From: Novosphingobium sp.
Lineage (GTDB): Bacteria; Pseudomonadota; Alphaproteobacteria; Sphingomonadales; Sphingomonadaceae
Length of the DNA: 64,000 bases
NCBI RefSeq assembly: GCF_965228995.1
Contig: NZ_OZ245852.1
Location: forward strand, 2,205,493-2,269,492
Direction of reading: 5' to 3'
Of this stretch, positions 1 to 10,700 are shown piece after piece (position 1 is the stretch's first letter; each line of letters opens with the position of its first letter). A program made the translations under genes and the position numbers. The notes beneath the pieces are model-generated. The model worked only from the letters and a program-made list of their open reading frames with translations, made no database searches and was not told the origin of the DNA.

Positions 1-219
1 CGGGACGCTTTCGGAAATGGGCATGGTGGTGATATCGAGCACGATCGCGGTCGGCGGTATCGGCCATGCGCTCGATGCCGAAGCCAATCCAACCGGAGAG
101 AGCGGCGCGTCGCTCGAACACGCCTTCCCCCGGTTCGCCGATGATCTCGCCTGGTGGGTGGAGGCTGCCCGCAGCCAGCGCGCGAAGGCCGCGCCGCCCT
201 ACTGATAGGGGTGGGGGCG

Positions 220-1296
220 TTATTCACCCCAGCCTGCAACGTGGTGCCCGCCAAAGACCATGCGGCGAATGGACGGCTGCGCCAATGAGGCGCTGAACCC
301 CGGAACCGGCGCGCTGGCAGTGTCGAGCCGCTGCAGCTGTTCGCCGCTCATGCGTATCTCCGTCGCGGCAATATTGCTTTCCAGTTGCGATAGCTTGCTC
401 GCGCCGATCAGTGTGGACGCTACACCGGGGCGGGCCATTGCCCATGCCAGTGCGACCTGCGCCGGTGGGCGGCCCAGTTCGGCGGCGACCGTTTTCAGGG
501 CACCGAGAATATCCCAATTGCGATCGACGAACTTGCTATTGCCGAAGGGGTTTGCGCCGCTCAAGCGGCCAAGGTTGGCGGTCTTTCCGCGTTCATATTT
601 TCCGGTCAGGAAACCACCGGCAAGCGGGCTCCACGGCATGATTCCCATCGCGCCTTCGCGGGCGACCGGAAAGTGTTCGGCCTCCACGTCACGCGCGACG
701 AGCGAATATTCGAGCTGCATGGCAATCGGCCCGGGAACGCCGCGTTCGCTGGCGATTGTGGCCGCTTTCATCGCCAGCCAGGCAGGCATGTCAGACAAGC
801 CGTAATAGCGGATCTTGCCGGCACGGACGAGATCGCCGAGCGTCCGGACAATCTCCTCCACCGGCGTCACGCCGTCCCAGATATGCATCCAGTAGAGATC
901 GACGTAGTCGGTGCGGAGACGCTTGAGCGAAGCTTCGAGCGCGCGGTGGATATTCTTCGCACCTGCACCGCCGGCATTGGGATTGCCGCCGCCCGCCTGT
1001 GCTGAGACCAGCGGACTTGCCGAGCCGTTGAAGCCGAACTTGGTCGCCAGCACGATCTCGTCGCGGCTTCCGGTTTCCGCGATGAATTGGCCCACCAGCG
1101 TCTCGCTCTCGCCGCCGGAGTAGATATCGGCTGTGTCGATGAAATTGCCCCCGGCAGCGCGATACGCGGCAAAGATTGCGCGGGATGTTGCTTCGTCTGC
1201 ACCCCATTCGCCCGGGCCGAAGGTCATCGTCCCCAGCGCAAGAGGGCTGACCACGAGGCCGGAGCGGCCAAGCGTGCGGAAATCGGTGAGGGACAT
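220..1296 (-). CDS. aldo/keto reductase family oxidoreductase
   Basis: 358-aa ORF with N-terminal MSLTDFRTLGRSGLVVSPLALGTMTFG, a typical AKR (TIM barrel) opening. Full length, with an AGGAAA RBS upstream. Confidence 0.9.
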   Translation of the reverse strand: MSLTDFRTLGRSGLVVSPLALGTMTFGPGEWGADEATSRAIFAAYRAAGGNFIDTADIYSGGESETLVGQFIAETGSRDEIVLATKFGFNGSASPLVSAQAGGGNPNAGGAGAKNIHRALEASLKRLRTDYVDLYWMHIWDGVTPVEEIVRTLGDLVRAGKIRYYGLSDMPAWLAMKAATIASERGVPGPIAMQLEYSLVARDVEAEHFPVAREGAMGIMPWSPLAGGFLTGKYERGKTANLGRLSGANPFGNSKFVDRNWDILGALKTVAAELGRPPAQVALAWAMARPGVASTLIGASKLSQLESNIAATEIRMSGEQLQRLDTASAPVPGFSASLAQPSIRRMVFGGHHVAGWGE

Positions 1297-1375
1297 GAGA
1301 TTGCTTTCCTAGCGTTCGATACGAAAGTCATGTTAGGACCCGTCGGGCAAGTCAATCTAATTCAGAGTGATCACT

Positions 1376-1999
1376 ATGAAAGGTGCCGAAGTTCCGATCA
1401 CCCGAAGCCGCAAGACCGGTCGGCCCTTGTCGTTCGACCGCGATGCGGCGCTTGAGCAAGCGATGCTGACGTTCTGGCGGCATGGCTATGAGACGACCTC
1501 GATCGTCGATCTCACGACGGCGATGGGGGTGACAGCGCCCAGCCTCTACACGGCCTTCGGGGACAAGAAGCGCTTGTTTCTCGAAGCGATGCGCCTTTAC
1601 GCAGGCGACCCCGATGCCATGGCCCGCGATATTCGCGAGGCGCCGAGCGCGTATGAGGCCGCGAATGCGCTTCTGACCAAGGCTGCGGTCGGATACACGG
1701 GAGATAAGACGCCCCGGGGATGTCTACTCGCAAGCGCGGCGGCGACAGGTTCGGCCGCAGCCTGCGATGTTCAAGCCGCGGTGGCGGATATTCGCAGGTT
1801 CATCGCTGCCTGCCTTGAGGCACGGATCAAAGCCGACGTAGCGAACGGCTTGCAGCCCTCCACCACGGACACTGCGGCGCTCGCAGGTCTCGTCATGGCG
1901 GTTACGCAGGGTATGTCTGTGCTGGCGCGTGATGGCACTTCGCGCGCGGCCCTGCTCGCGATTGTCGACGCCACAATGTCCGCATGGCCGAAGCCGTGA
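1376..1999 (+). CDS. TetR/AcrR family transcriptional regulator
   Basis: N-terminal HTH region LEQAMLTFWRHGYETTSIVDLTTAMGVTAPSLYTAFGDKKRLF is TetR-like, about 200 aa. The ORF track starts at GTG 1367; the ATG at 1376 is an alternative start. Confidence 0.85.
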   Translation: MKGAEVPITRSRKTGRPLSFDRDAALEQAMLTFWRHGYETTSIVDLTTAMGVTAPSLYTAFGDKKRLFLEAMRLYAGDPDAMARDIREAPSAYEAANALLTKAAVGYTGDKTPRGCLLASAAATGSAAACDVQAAVADIRRFIAACLEARIKADVANGLQPSTTDTAALAGLVMAVTQGMSVLARDGTSRAALLAIVDATMSAWPKP

Positions 2000-2065
2000 T
2001 GGCGCAGTAGATGCGTTAATGGCCTGAATTTGGCCCAGCGCTGGCTGCTGCAAAAGATCGTCGCC

Positions 2066-2974
2066 TCAAGCCGCCTGCCTGAGCTGCTGGACATAACGCA
2101 CCGGTGACTTGCCGATCACGCGCTTGAATGCGGCACCAAAAGCGCTTTCCGATCCGTAGCCGAATTCCGCGGCTATGCCGGCGATCGGGGCCGGGTCCTG
2201 GCGGAGGCGGTCTGCGGCCAGAAGCATTCGCCAGCGCGTCAGATAGTCGATCGGCGTTTCACCCACCACCGAGCGAAAGCGTTCGGCAAAGCTGGTGCGC
2301 GACATGCCCGCAACGGCGGCCAGCATGGCCAGCGTCCAGCGGCGCCCGGGCTCGGCATGGAGCGCTGCCAGTGCAGGGCGGAGGCGCGGATCGCCCAGTG
2401 CATAAAGCCAGCCGACTCCGCGCTGGTCCGGCGAAGCGAGGTGGAGGCGCAGGGCCTCGATCAGCAGGGTTTGCGCCAGATGCTGGGCGATCAGATCACC
2501 ACCGGGTTGCGGACTGCGCAATTCGCGCATCAGCCGGGTGATCGGCCATTGCAAGTCGTCGGCTCCGCTGCCGGCTCGCAAATGGATCACCGGGGGTAGC
2601 GCTGCCAGCATCCGTTCTGCTTGCCCCCCGGCAAATTTGAAGAACCCGCCCAGACCGCGCACCTCGCCGCCGCCGCCCACTACGGCGGTTTCTCCCGGCG
2701 GCGTCGCTCCGAACAGCGCAATTGCATCGACCGCGGGGACGCGGGCCGTCTGCAGGGAAAACCGCTCCGCCCCGGAAACAAGGGCCAGGTCGCCTGCCTC
2801 AAGCCTGATCGCCGCGTGCTCGCACTGCAGCCAGCATGCGCCGCTTTGCAGGGCATAGCATTTGAGCCCGGGTGCCGGAGGAAAAGCGATTGCCCAGGGG
2901 CCGGCCGCATCCAGCCCGCGCAGGCCATAGCTGCTCGGCTGGAGCAGCCGCAAAATGTCCGACATCGGGTCCAT
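2066..2974 (-). CDS. AraC family transcriptional regulator (cupin N-domain plus C-terminal HTH)
   Basis: 302 aa. The C-terminal part has the AraC HTH signature (SFAERFRSVVGETPIDYLTRWRMLLAADRL...IAAEFGYGSESAFGAAFKRVIGKSPVRY). Confidence 0.85.
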   Translation of the reverse strand: MDPMSDILRLLQPSSYGLRGLDAAGPWAIAFPPAPGLKCYALQSGACWLQCEHAAIRLEAGDLALVSGAERFSLQTARVPAVDAIALFGATPPGETAVVGGGGEVRGLGGFFKFAGGQAERMLAALPPVIHLRAGSGADDLQWPITRLMRELRSPQPGGDLIAQHLAQTLLIEALRLHLASPDQRGVGWLYALGDPRLRPALAALHAEPGRRWTLAMLAAVAGMSRTSFAERFRSVVGETPIDYLTRWRMLLAADRLRQDPAPIAGIAAEFGYGSESAFGAAFKRVIGKSPVRYVQQLRQAA

Positions 2975-3086
2975 CGGCGAAAGTCCGTACGATTGCGATA
3001 GAAAACTGCACCTTCAAGCATGGATCGTACGGATTTGCCAGCATATTTGGGATAAGTGCTGATCATCCCGAAGGACGCCCCTTATC

Positions 3087-4205
3087 ATGACGTTTGAAAA
3101 TCCCGCTCTGTACCTGCCCTGCAAGCGCGGCACCTTCACTCTGGGCGACGCGCCGATGCCGGTGCCGGGCGAACGGCAGGTCGTGGTCCGCGCCCGCGCG
3201 GTAGCGGTCAATCCGTTCGAGCGCCTTATCCGTACTGTGGGCGATATCATCACGCCGTGGATCGATTACCCTGCCGTCCTTGGATCGGATGTCGCGGGCG
3301 ATGTCGTGGCGGTTGGCCCGGGCGTGACGCGGTTTCAGGTTGGGGACCGCGTGTTTGGCTATGCCTGTGGCAGTGAAAAGGGGCGCGGTGCCTCCGAAGG
3401 CGCGTTCCAGACCCATGTTCTGCTGAACGCGCACGTGATTGCACCGATCCCTGAGGCAATGGCCTACGAGGCGGCGGCGGGACTGCCTCTGGCCATTACG
3501 ACAGCAGCTGCGGCCCTGTTTCAGCAAGATTTCCTTGCGCTTTCCTCACCCGGTCCGGCGATTATGCCGCAAAGGCAAACGCTGCTGGTGTGGGGCGGTT
3601 CGACGAGCGTCGGGTACCAGGCGATCCAACTGGCCCTTGCGGCGGGGTATGATGTGGTCACCACAGCATCGCCGACCAACCATGCCCTGTTGCGTGGGCT
3701 AGGCGCGCGCGCGGTGTTCGATCGTCGCGATCCCGGCTGTGTGGCCGCAGTGATCGAGGCCATGCGAGACCGGCAGACGTGCGGCGCGGTGGCTATCGGC
3801 ATTGGCTCCACCCGCGCGTGTATCGACGTACTGGCCGCCTGCACCGGCAACCGCTTTGTCGCCGTGGCGACACCTCCGGTTTCGCTAGACGGCATCCCGG
3901 CCGGGCCCGGGCGCTGGCGCACCCTCTTTCCTGCGCTGGCAAGCATGGGCCTTGTCAACGCAGGTCTTGCCGTGCGGGCGCGGGTCAAGGGCGTGCGGAC
4001 CAAGTTCATCTGGGGCGGAGCGCCGGTCAACAACGCGGTGGGGCCGATGATCTTCGAACACTATCTGCCGGCGGCGCTTGCCGAAGGGCGCCATGCTGCC
4101 GCACCCCGGGTCGAGGTGGTCGGCGAGGACCTGACTGCCATACCACTGGCGCTGGAACGGCAGCGGCAGGGGGTTTCGGCCACCAAGCTGGTGGTGCGCA
4201 TCTGA
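3087..4205 (+). CDS. MDR-superfamily zinc-binding dehydrogenase / quinone oxidoreductase-like
   Basis: 372 aa with a GroES-like N-domain (VVVRARAVAVNPFERL...GSDVAGDVVAVGPGVTRFQVGDRVFG) and a Rossmann region (LVWGGSTSVGYQAIQLALAAGYDVV). Confidence 0.85.
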   Translation: MTFENPALYLPCKRGTFTLGDAPMPVPGERQVVVRARAVAVNPFERLIRTVGDIITPWIDYPAVLGSDVAGDVVAVGPGVTRFQVGDRVFGYACGSEKGRGASEGAFQTHVLLNAHVIAPIPEAMAYEAAAGLPLAITTAAAALFQQDFLALSSPGPAIMPQRQTLLVWGGSTSVGYQAIQLALAAGYDVVTTASPTNHALLRGLGARAVFDRRDPGCVAAVIEAMRDRQTCGAVAIGIGSTRACIDVLAACTGNRFVAVATPPVSLDGIPAGPGRWRTLFPALASMGLVNAGLAVRARVKGVRTKFIWGGAPVNNAVGPMIFEHYLPAALAEGRHAAAPRVEVVGEDLTAIPLALERQRQGVSATKLVVRI

Positions 4206-4207
4206 AC

Positions 4208-4445
4208 GCTCAAGCGTCGATATAAGCAGCAAGTTCTTCGGGACTGCCGGTGGGAAACGCCGCCTGCAGGAAATCGGGAAACGCCCTGACGCGCACACTG
4301 AGCAACCGGCGGGTGGGATAGAGCGCCCACAAGACCGCCGGGGCACTTTCCGCTTCTCCCCACAGCGCCAGCCGGCACTGTTTTACGCCGGTGGCGGAGT
4401 TGGGGGCTATACGGACTATCCGGTCATTTGACCTGGCAGGGATCG
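4208..4445 (-). pseudogene. possible 3' remnant of a truncated gene at the left edge of the TPS island
   Basis: A minus-strand frame has no start codon. It reads about 78 protein-like codons (..AESAPAVLWALYPTRRLLSVRVRAFPDFLQAAFPTGSPEELAAYIDA*) bounded upstream by in-frame stops, convergent with the dehydrogenase gene. The family is not recognised. This is weak. Confidence 0.25.
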
Positions 4446-4760
4446 GCGGATCGGAAATGACTTATCCGCCGGGCCCGGCCTAGCTTGATCGGCAGGCGCT
4501 TATGCGCGGGCAAGGCTGGATATGCTGAAATCCATTCCGCCGAGACAATTTAGACACTCATCATACAGTAATAATGCCCGGCACACCGTTCTGTTGGCCC
4601 TGATATTGGAGATATCCGAAGGGATATTTCGTTTGCTAAAGCAAACTAACTAAGTGAAAGTACATATCGGGGATCGAATCGTGAATTTTGCCCGAGTTGA
4701 AAGCATTTAGCGGCATTCCCCGCTGACTTTGCCTTTGCCCCGGGACCTTGGGGGCATCAA
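4440..4760 (+). promoter_or_regulatory. AT-rich leader and promoter region of the giant tpsA, containing a 7-2-7 inverted repeat GTTTGCTAAAGCAAAC (4631..4646)
   Basis: This non-coding stretch is visibly AT-rich in a GC-rich background and sits immediately 5' of the 17 kb ORF. It contains a perfect inverted repeat. Confidence 0.5.
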
Positions 4761-7700
4761 ATGACGCGCGGTTCGAGCCTCCATCCGAGGGTCCATCATC
4801 TTTACGCGCGGCTCATGGTCGGCGTTTCTATCACGGCGACCGCGGCGCTTGTGCCCGCGCTTGCCAGAGCGCAGTCAATCGATGTCACTGCATCGGCTGG
4901 CGGCCCCTCGAGCGTCGCCTTGCAAAGCGGAGGCAGCGCGGCTGTCGTCACGACGTCCAGGGTCGTTGACGGAACCGGTTTCAACCACTTCGACCATTTC
5001 AATGTGAACACCGGGCAAAGCGCCACGCTGGTCCTGCCCAAGGGCACGAACAATCTCGTCAATCTGATCCGGGACGCATCGACCATCAACGGTTCGGTGC
5101 GCTCCGTGCTTGGCGCGGTGGGAGGGCAGATCGGCGGCAATGTCTTCCTCGTCGTGCCGAGTGGTCTCATCATCGGAGCGACCGGAAGCATCGACACGGG
5201 CCGTCTCATCGTGCGCGGTTCGCCGGGCCTTTACGCAGGTGACGAGCCGACGACGGCAAACGTCTTCGACGGCGGCCGTGCGGCGAGCGTAGTGATCAAC
5301 GGCCGGATATCGGCCCCCGGCGGCGTCGATATCCACACCGCGTCCCTGACCATGGGCTCGAGCGGACAGATCGAGACCGGAGCAGCAGCGCTGGCGCGCA
5401 TCGGCAACACGCTCGACCTGCGCAACAGCCTTGTCTCGACCCAGGGCCTGCCAAGCGGGCAGGCGATCATTACCACCGCCAGCGGCGGGATCGCCATCGT
5501 GGCGGACAGTGTGACGCTTGCCGGGAAGATCGCCGACAATCCGGCGACGACCGCCAATGAGGCAGAGCCCGGTGCATTGCTGGATGCCCGCCCGGTTGCA
5601 AGTTCGCCTGCGCTGGTCGGCGGGGTAACGCTGCAAGGGCCTGCGCTCAATCTTGGCGGCCAGATCATCGCCTGGGACGGGACCGCCTCCGGCCCGGCTG
5701 GCGATATCACCATGACCGCCTCGGACAGCGAGACTTATGGCGGGCTCTTTGCCGCTCAGGTCCCGTACTTCGGCATGCCCAAATCCAATGCCGGGATCAG
5801 CATCGGCGGGGTCATCAGGGGCGGCACCATCGCGATCAGCGCCTCGGCCTCGAGCAGCACCAAACTCGATGATGCGTCCAAGGCCGTTGCCGCACTCGAT
5901 ACGCTCGCCGGAAAGCTCAGTTCCGTCGCGCTCGGCAAGCTGACCGGCAAGGCCGGCCTCGGCATCGGGGCCTTCGTCTCGCTGGCAAGCGCCAATGCCG
6001 CGATCAGCGTGGGTGCCGGGGCCAGCATCACCGCCGCGCGCGATCTCAGCCTGACGGCGGGATCTGCGGCATCGAGCGTCTCGAAGGCATCGGCCAAATC
6101 CGGCGGAACGAGTGCCGGCGGCCTCGCCATTGCGGTGTCGGTGGCGCAGACCACCTCGAACGCAGCGATCACGGTCGGCACTGCGTCAGGCGGCGCTACT
6201 CTTTCGGCGGGCGGTGCGCTGACGATCGGCGCCTCCAGCGATCCGCGCGCCGACGTGCGGGTCAGGGTCGCCTCGAGCGGCAGTGCCGTGGCAGCGGCGG
6301 TTGCGTACAACGAAGTCAATTCCGATGCCGGGGTCACCGTGGCCAAGGGATCGGTGCTCGATGGCACGGCGATTGGCATTTCCGCCAAGACCATCCAGGG
6401 CGACAGCGGCGCTGGCATCCTCACCAGCGCGACCGGCTCGACTTACGACACGAGCCCGGGCGGCGGCGTTGCCGCGGTGACCGAGGAGACGATCCGCAGC
6501 CATGTCAACGTGGCCGGAACGGTCGGCAGCGCGCGCACCGCGACTGTTGCGATCGCGGCCAATACCACGACCCTGTTCAACAAGACGTCCGCGACCACGA
6601 CGGCCGCAACCGGGACCGATACCAGCGGAACGATCCCGACAAGCAAGGCCTCGCTGACCGACCTCATCGGCAATCTTCTGCGGCTTTCAACCGATGACCC
6701 CGCCAAGCCCAAGGTCGGCACGATCGGCACCTCGGCCAATCCCGCCAGCCGCGCGACGGCCTCGGTCGCCGTGCTGCAGGCCGATGAATCGGCCACCGCG
6801 CAGATAACCGGCTCGATCACCGCCACCGGCAAAGTCAGCGTTGGCGGGGTCGTGAGCGACAAGGATGTGCGCAACAACGCACAGGCCAGCACCGCGGCCT
6901 CGCTCGCGGTGAACGGAGCCGCCACTTCCGTATCCGGGGCCGCGGCATGGGGGACGTTTACCTACACCGGGACCGCGGACATCGGCGGCACGGTCAAGGC
7001 CGGCTCGCTCAGCGTGAGTTCGCTGGTGGATCGCCCGGTCGGCCTTGTCGACAACATCGGGACATTGGTCGATCAGGCGGGCACGCTCAACACGCCGGAC
7101 AACTTCAACTCCATCCTCGCCGACCTTTCCTTCGCGAAGGATGTGGTCGCCACCTTGCCGAGTATCCTTGCGCCCAAGTCGGGCCTGTTCGGATCCTATG
7201 CCGGTGCCAGCGGCGATAGCGACAGTTCGGGCAAGGCCGCGATCGGGGGCTCGATCGCCTATGCCCGTATCGATTCAAACAGCCGTGCGTGGATCGATCC
7301 GGCGAGCCAGATCACCATTGCCGGACCGCAGGCCGATGCCTCGACGATTGATGCCGAAACCAACATCGCCCTGCTGAGCATCTCGGGTCCCAAGCTGTTT
7401 GGCACCAAGAGCGGCGGCGCTGCCGGCGGCGGTGCGATCACTTACAATACGATCAATCCGGTCACCCTGGCCGGGATCGGGGATGGGGCGGTCTTCACCG
7501 CACCGGACAAGGCGCTTTCGGTCATTGCCAATGCTGCCATCGATGCACTCACGCTCGCGCCAGTGGCGGGGCGCGGCAAGAGCACCACGCTGAGCGGCGC
7601 TTTCGCGGTCAACCAGATCGAAGGCGCGACCCGGGCCGTTATCTCGAACACCGCCCGGCTCGCCATCGGCGCGGGCGCGCTGCGTCTATCCGCTGCGACT

Positions 7701-10700
7701 GACGAGCAGGTCTGGACCATCGCGGGCACGCTGGCATGGAACAAGGCTGATGGCAGCGCCGGTTCGTCCGATACCTCGGTCGGGATCGCTGGCGCGCTCA
7801 ATTACGTATCCTTGACGACGCAGGCCACCGTCGGCCCCGCGCACGATCTCTTCGATCCCGCATCGCCCGCAGTTGCTGCGGCGGCTTCCGCCGGGATCAC
7901 CTCGGGCAATGTCAGCATCACCGCGCAGACCACCGGTTCGATCAATGCCATCTCGGTCGCCGGGGTGCGCGATAACAGCAATGCGGAAACCACGCCCGAT
8001 TTCCTGAGCAACACCAATGCTCGGTTCAACAAGTTCAAGGGTGCGATCGGGACGGGCATTGTCGATTTCCTGACCGACATGACCACCGGCCTGCTCGCCA
8101 GCTTCGGCGCCAGCACATATTCGCAGCAGCTCAAGACCAATTACGCCTCGCGCAAGGATGCCGGAACAGCCGATGCCGTGACCGCGGGCGATCAGGCCGC
8201 CAAGCCGCCCGCACCGACGGATGGCTGGGGCGTGGCGGGCTCTGCAAGCGTCAACCTCACCGCGCTTGTCACCAAGGTGGATATCGGGCTCGGCCGCTTC
8301 ACCCGGTCTGCCAATGCCACCTCGGCGAGCTTCCTCGCGAAGGCGAGCGAGCGTGCAGATACGCTGGCGATCACTGGCGGTGCGGCGCTTGCCAACGGGG
8401 TCAAATACAGCGGCAGTTCGACGCTGATCGCGGGGGCCTACGGCGTCACCTACAGCAAGAACGCGACAACCCTCACCATCGATCACAGCATTATCGCCGG
8501 GTTCGACGCGATCTCGGCCAATGCCGCAATGAACGGCCTGCGCATCGGTGCAGGCCTTGCGCTTGCGGCGGACACGACCAAGACGCCCGACGGGCGAACC
8601 TTCGCGTCATCCGCCTCGCTGATCATTGCCAACGACAGCGTCGGCGCGAACCTCACCGATGATAGTGTGACCGGCACCGGCAAGGGCGATGTCTCTGTCC
8701 TCGCCTTCGACGGGCGCACGCTCGGCGCGGGTGCTGGCGGGCTTTCGTGGGGCACGCAGAGCGGCTTCGGTGCAGCGCTGACCGTGCTGATCGACAAGAA
8801 CGCCTCGGGCACGCCGACCAGTGCGCTGCTTGCACGCACGCCGGTGGCCGGCTTCGTCAATCTCTCCGTCCAGGCGCTCGATGCAGCGCGGCTTGTCGGC
8901 ATCGCCGCAGCAGGGGCGATCACCACCGGCACGGGCCAGGGCGGCAACGGATTGGCTGCCAGCATCTCGTTCAACGATGTCGCGCTTGGCACCAAGGCGC
9001 TTATCGATCTGGGCGATAACGGCGTGGGATCGGTCAACGTGACCGGCGCGCTTACCGTTGCGGCGGGCGAATATGCTGCAACCAATCCGTCCGCCCAGTT
9101 CGCGCGCATCAGCTGCACCATAAATTGCGATGCCGGCGAGAGCCTGCTGAGCAGTTTCAACATTGCATCGACCACGTTCGGCGCGGATGATCCCGTGCAG
9201 GCGAGCGATCTGCCTTCCGGCGCGGCGATCATCTCGGTGGCGATCCCGGTGGCAGCGGCACGCGGTTCGGCAGGGGGGCTTGGCCTTTCGGTCAACCTCA
9301 TCACCAACGACCGCACCGCCGCGATCATCGGCGGGGCAGCCGCAACCGGATCGACGATCAAGGCAGGCTCGCTCGCGCTGCGGACCGTGGACCGCGCGAC
9401 GATCCTTTCGCTCGCGGCGGGCTTTGCCGGCAGCGACAATGGCAGCGCGGTCATGGGCTCTCTGGCCTATAACCAGATCGGCGGAACCGCGACTGCCAGC
9501 CTTACCCGCTCGGCCGGGGCGACGAAGGGCCCGGTGGTGGAGATCGGCAGCGCTGGTGGCCCTGCGGCGCCGGCTTCGGTCACCGCGCTGGCTGACGGGC
9601 GAATCTACAGCCTCTCGGGCGCCATCGGCAGTGCCAAGAACGCCGCCGGGGGCCTTGCTGTCAGCGTCAATGCGATTGCGCGCCAGGGCTCCGGACCGGC
9701 AGCGGGGATCAACGCGCTGGTGAGCGGTGTGACCCTGGCCGGAAATCCGTCGCTTGCCGTCAACGCCGCGAGCACCGGAACGATCCTCTCGGGCGCGGTT
9801 GCGGGTGCGCTGGGTACGGGCAATGCGCTCGGCGGCTCGGCCTCGACCAACGCCATCGCCCCGACAATCGCGGCGCGGGCAGACGGACTTGCTTATGCCA
9901 ATGCGGTGACCGGAGACCTTGCCGTCACCGCATCGGACAGCGCCTCGATCCGCAGTCTCGCGCTCGCCGCCGCGCTTTCGACCAACCAGAACTCGCTCGG
10001 CGCCGGCATTTCGGTCAACCGGATCAGCACCAATGTGCTCGCCAGCCTTACGCCCGCGAGTGCGATTTCGGTGCGCAATCTCCTCGTCCAGAGCCAGTCT
10101 GCCGCGACCACGCAGCTTGTCGCGGTGGGGCTTGCCCTTGCCGGCAAGTTCGGCGGGGCTGGCTCGATTGCGGTCAACCAGACCAGCGCCGAAGCCGACG
10201 CACTGCTTACGCTCAATGGCTTCAACGTGAACGCGACCGGCTCGGTCGGAGTGCTGGCGACCCGCGATTCCGCGATTGACGCAGCAGCTGGCGCGGCAGG
10301 ATTTGGCGCCAAGTCGGCGGTTGGTGCAGCGCTTGTTCTCAACGACGTGACGGGCGGTGCGCAGGCACTGGTGAGCGGCACCGGCGGCGCGACTGTCACC
10401 GCGCTCGGCCAGGGCGACGGCCTGACGGTGCGGACGGGTGACCTCACCGAAGCGCTCAAGCAGTTCGATTTGCCGGCGCTCGTCCCCGAATCGACGGGCA
10501 CCACAGGCGCCTCGCGCGCGGCGCTAGGCAAGCTCAAGCCCGCCACAACCGTGGTGCACGGAGTGGCCATCAACGCGAACTCCACGCATGCCACCCGTAC
10601 GCTTGCCATTACCGGGGCGATCGCAGGCAACGGCTTTGCGGCGGCGGTGACCGCGGTTGTGGGCAATGTCGGCGGAACGACACTCGCCAAGGCCAGCGGG

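Noticed and set aside
4061-4378. 105-aa minus-strand ORF overlapping the 3' end of the dehydrogenase gene
   Set aside because: It overlaps a well-supported CDS and is Arg/Gly-rich. A different minus frame at 4208..4445 looks more protein-like and is reported as a possible remnant instead.
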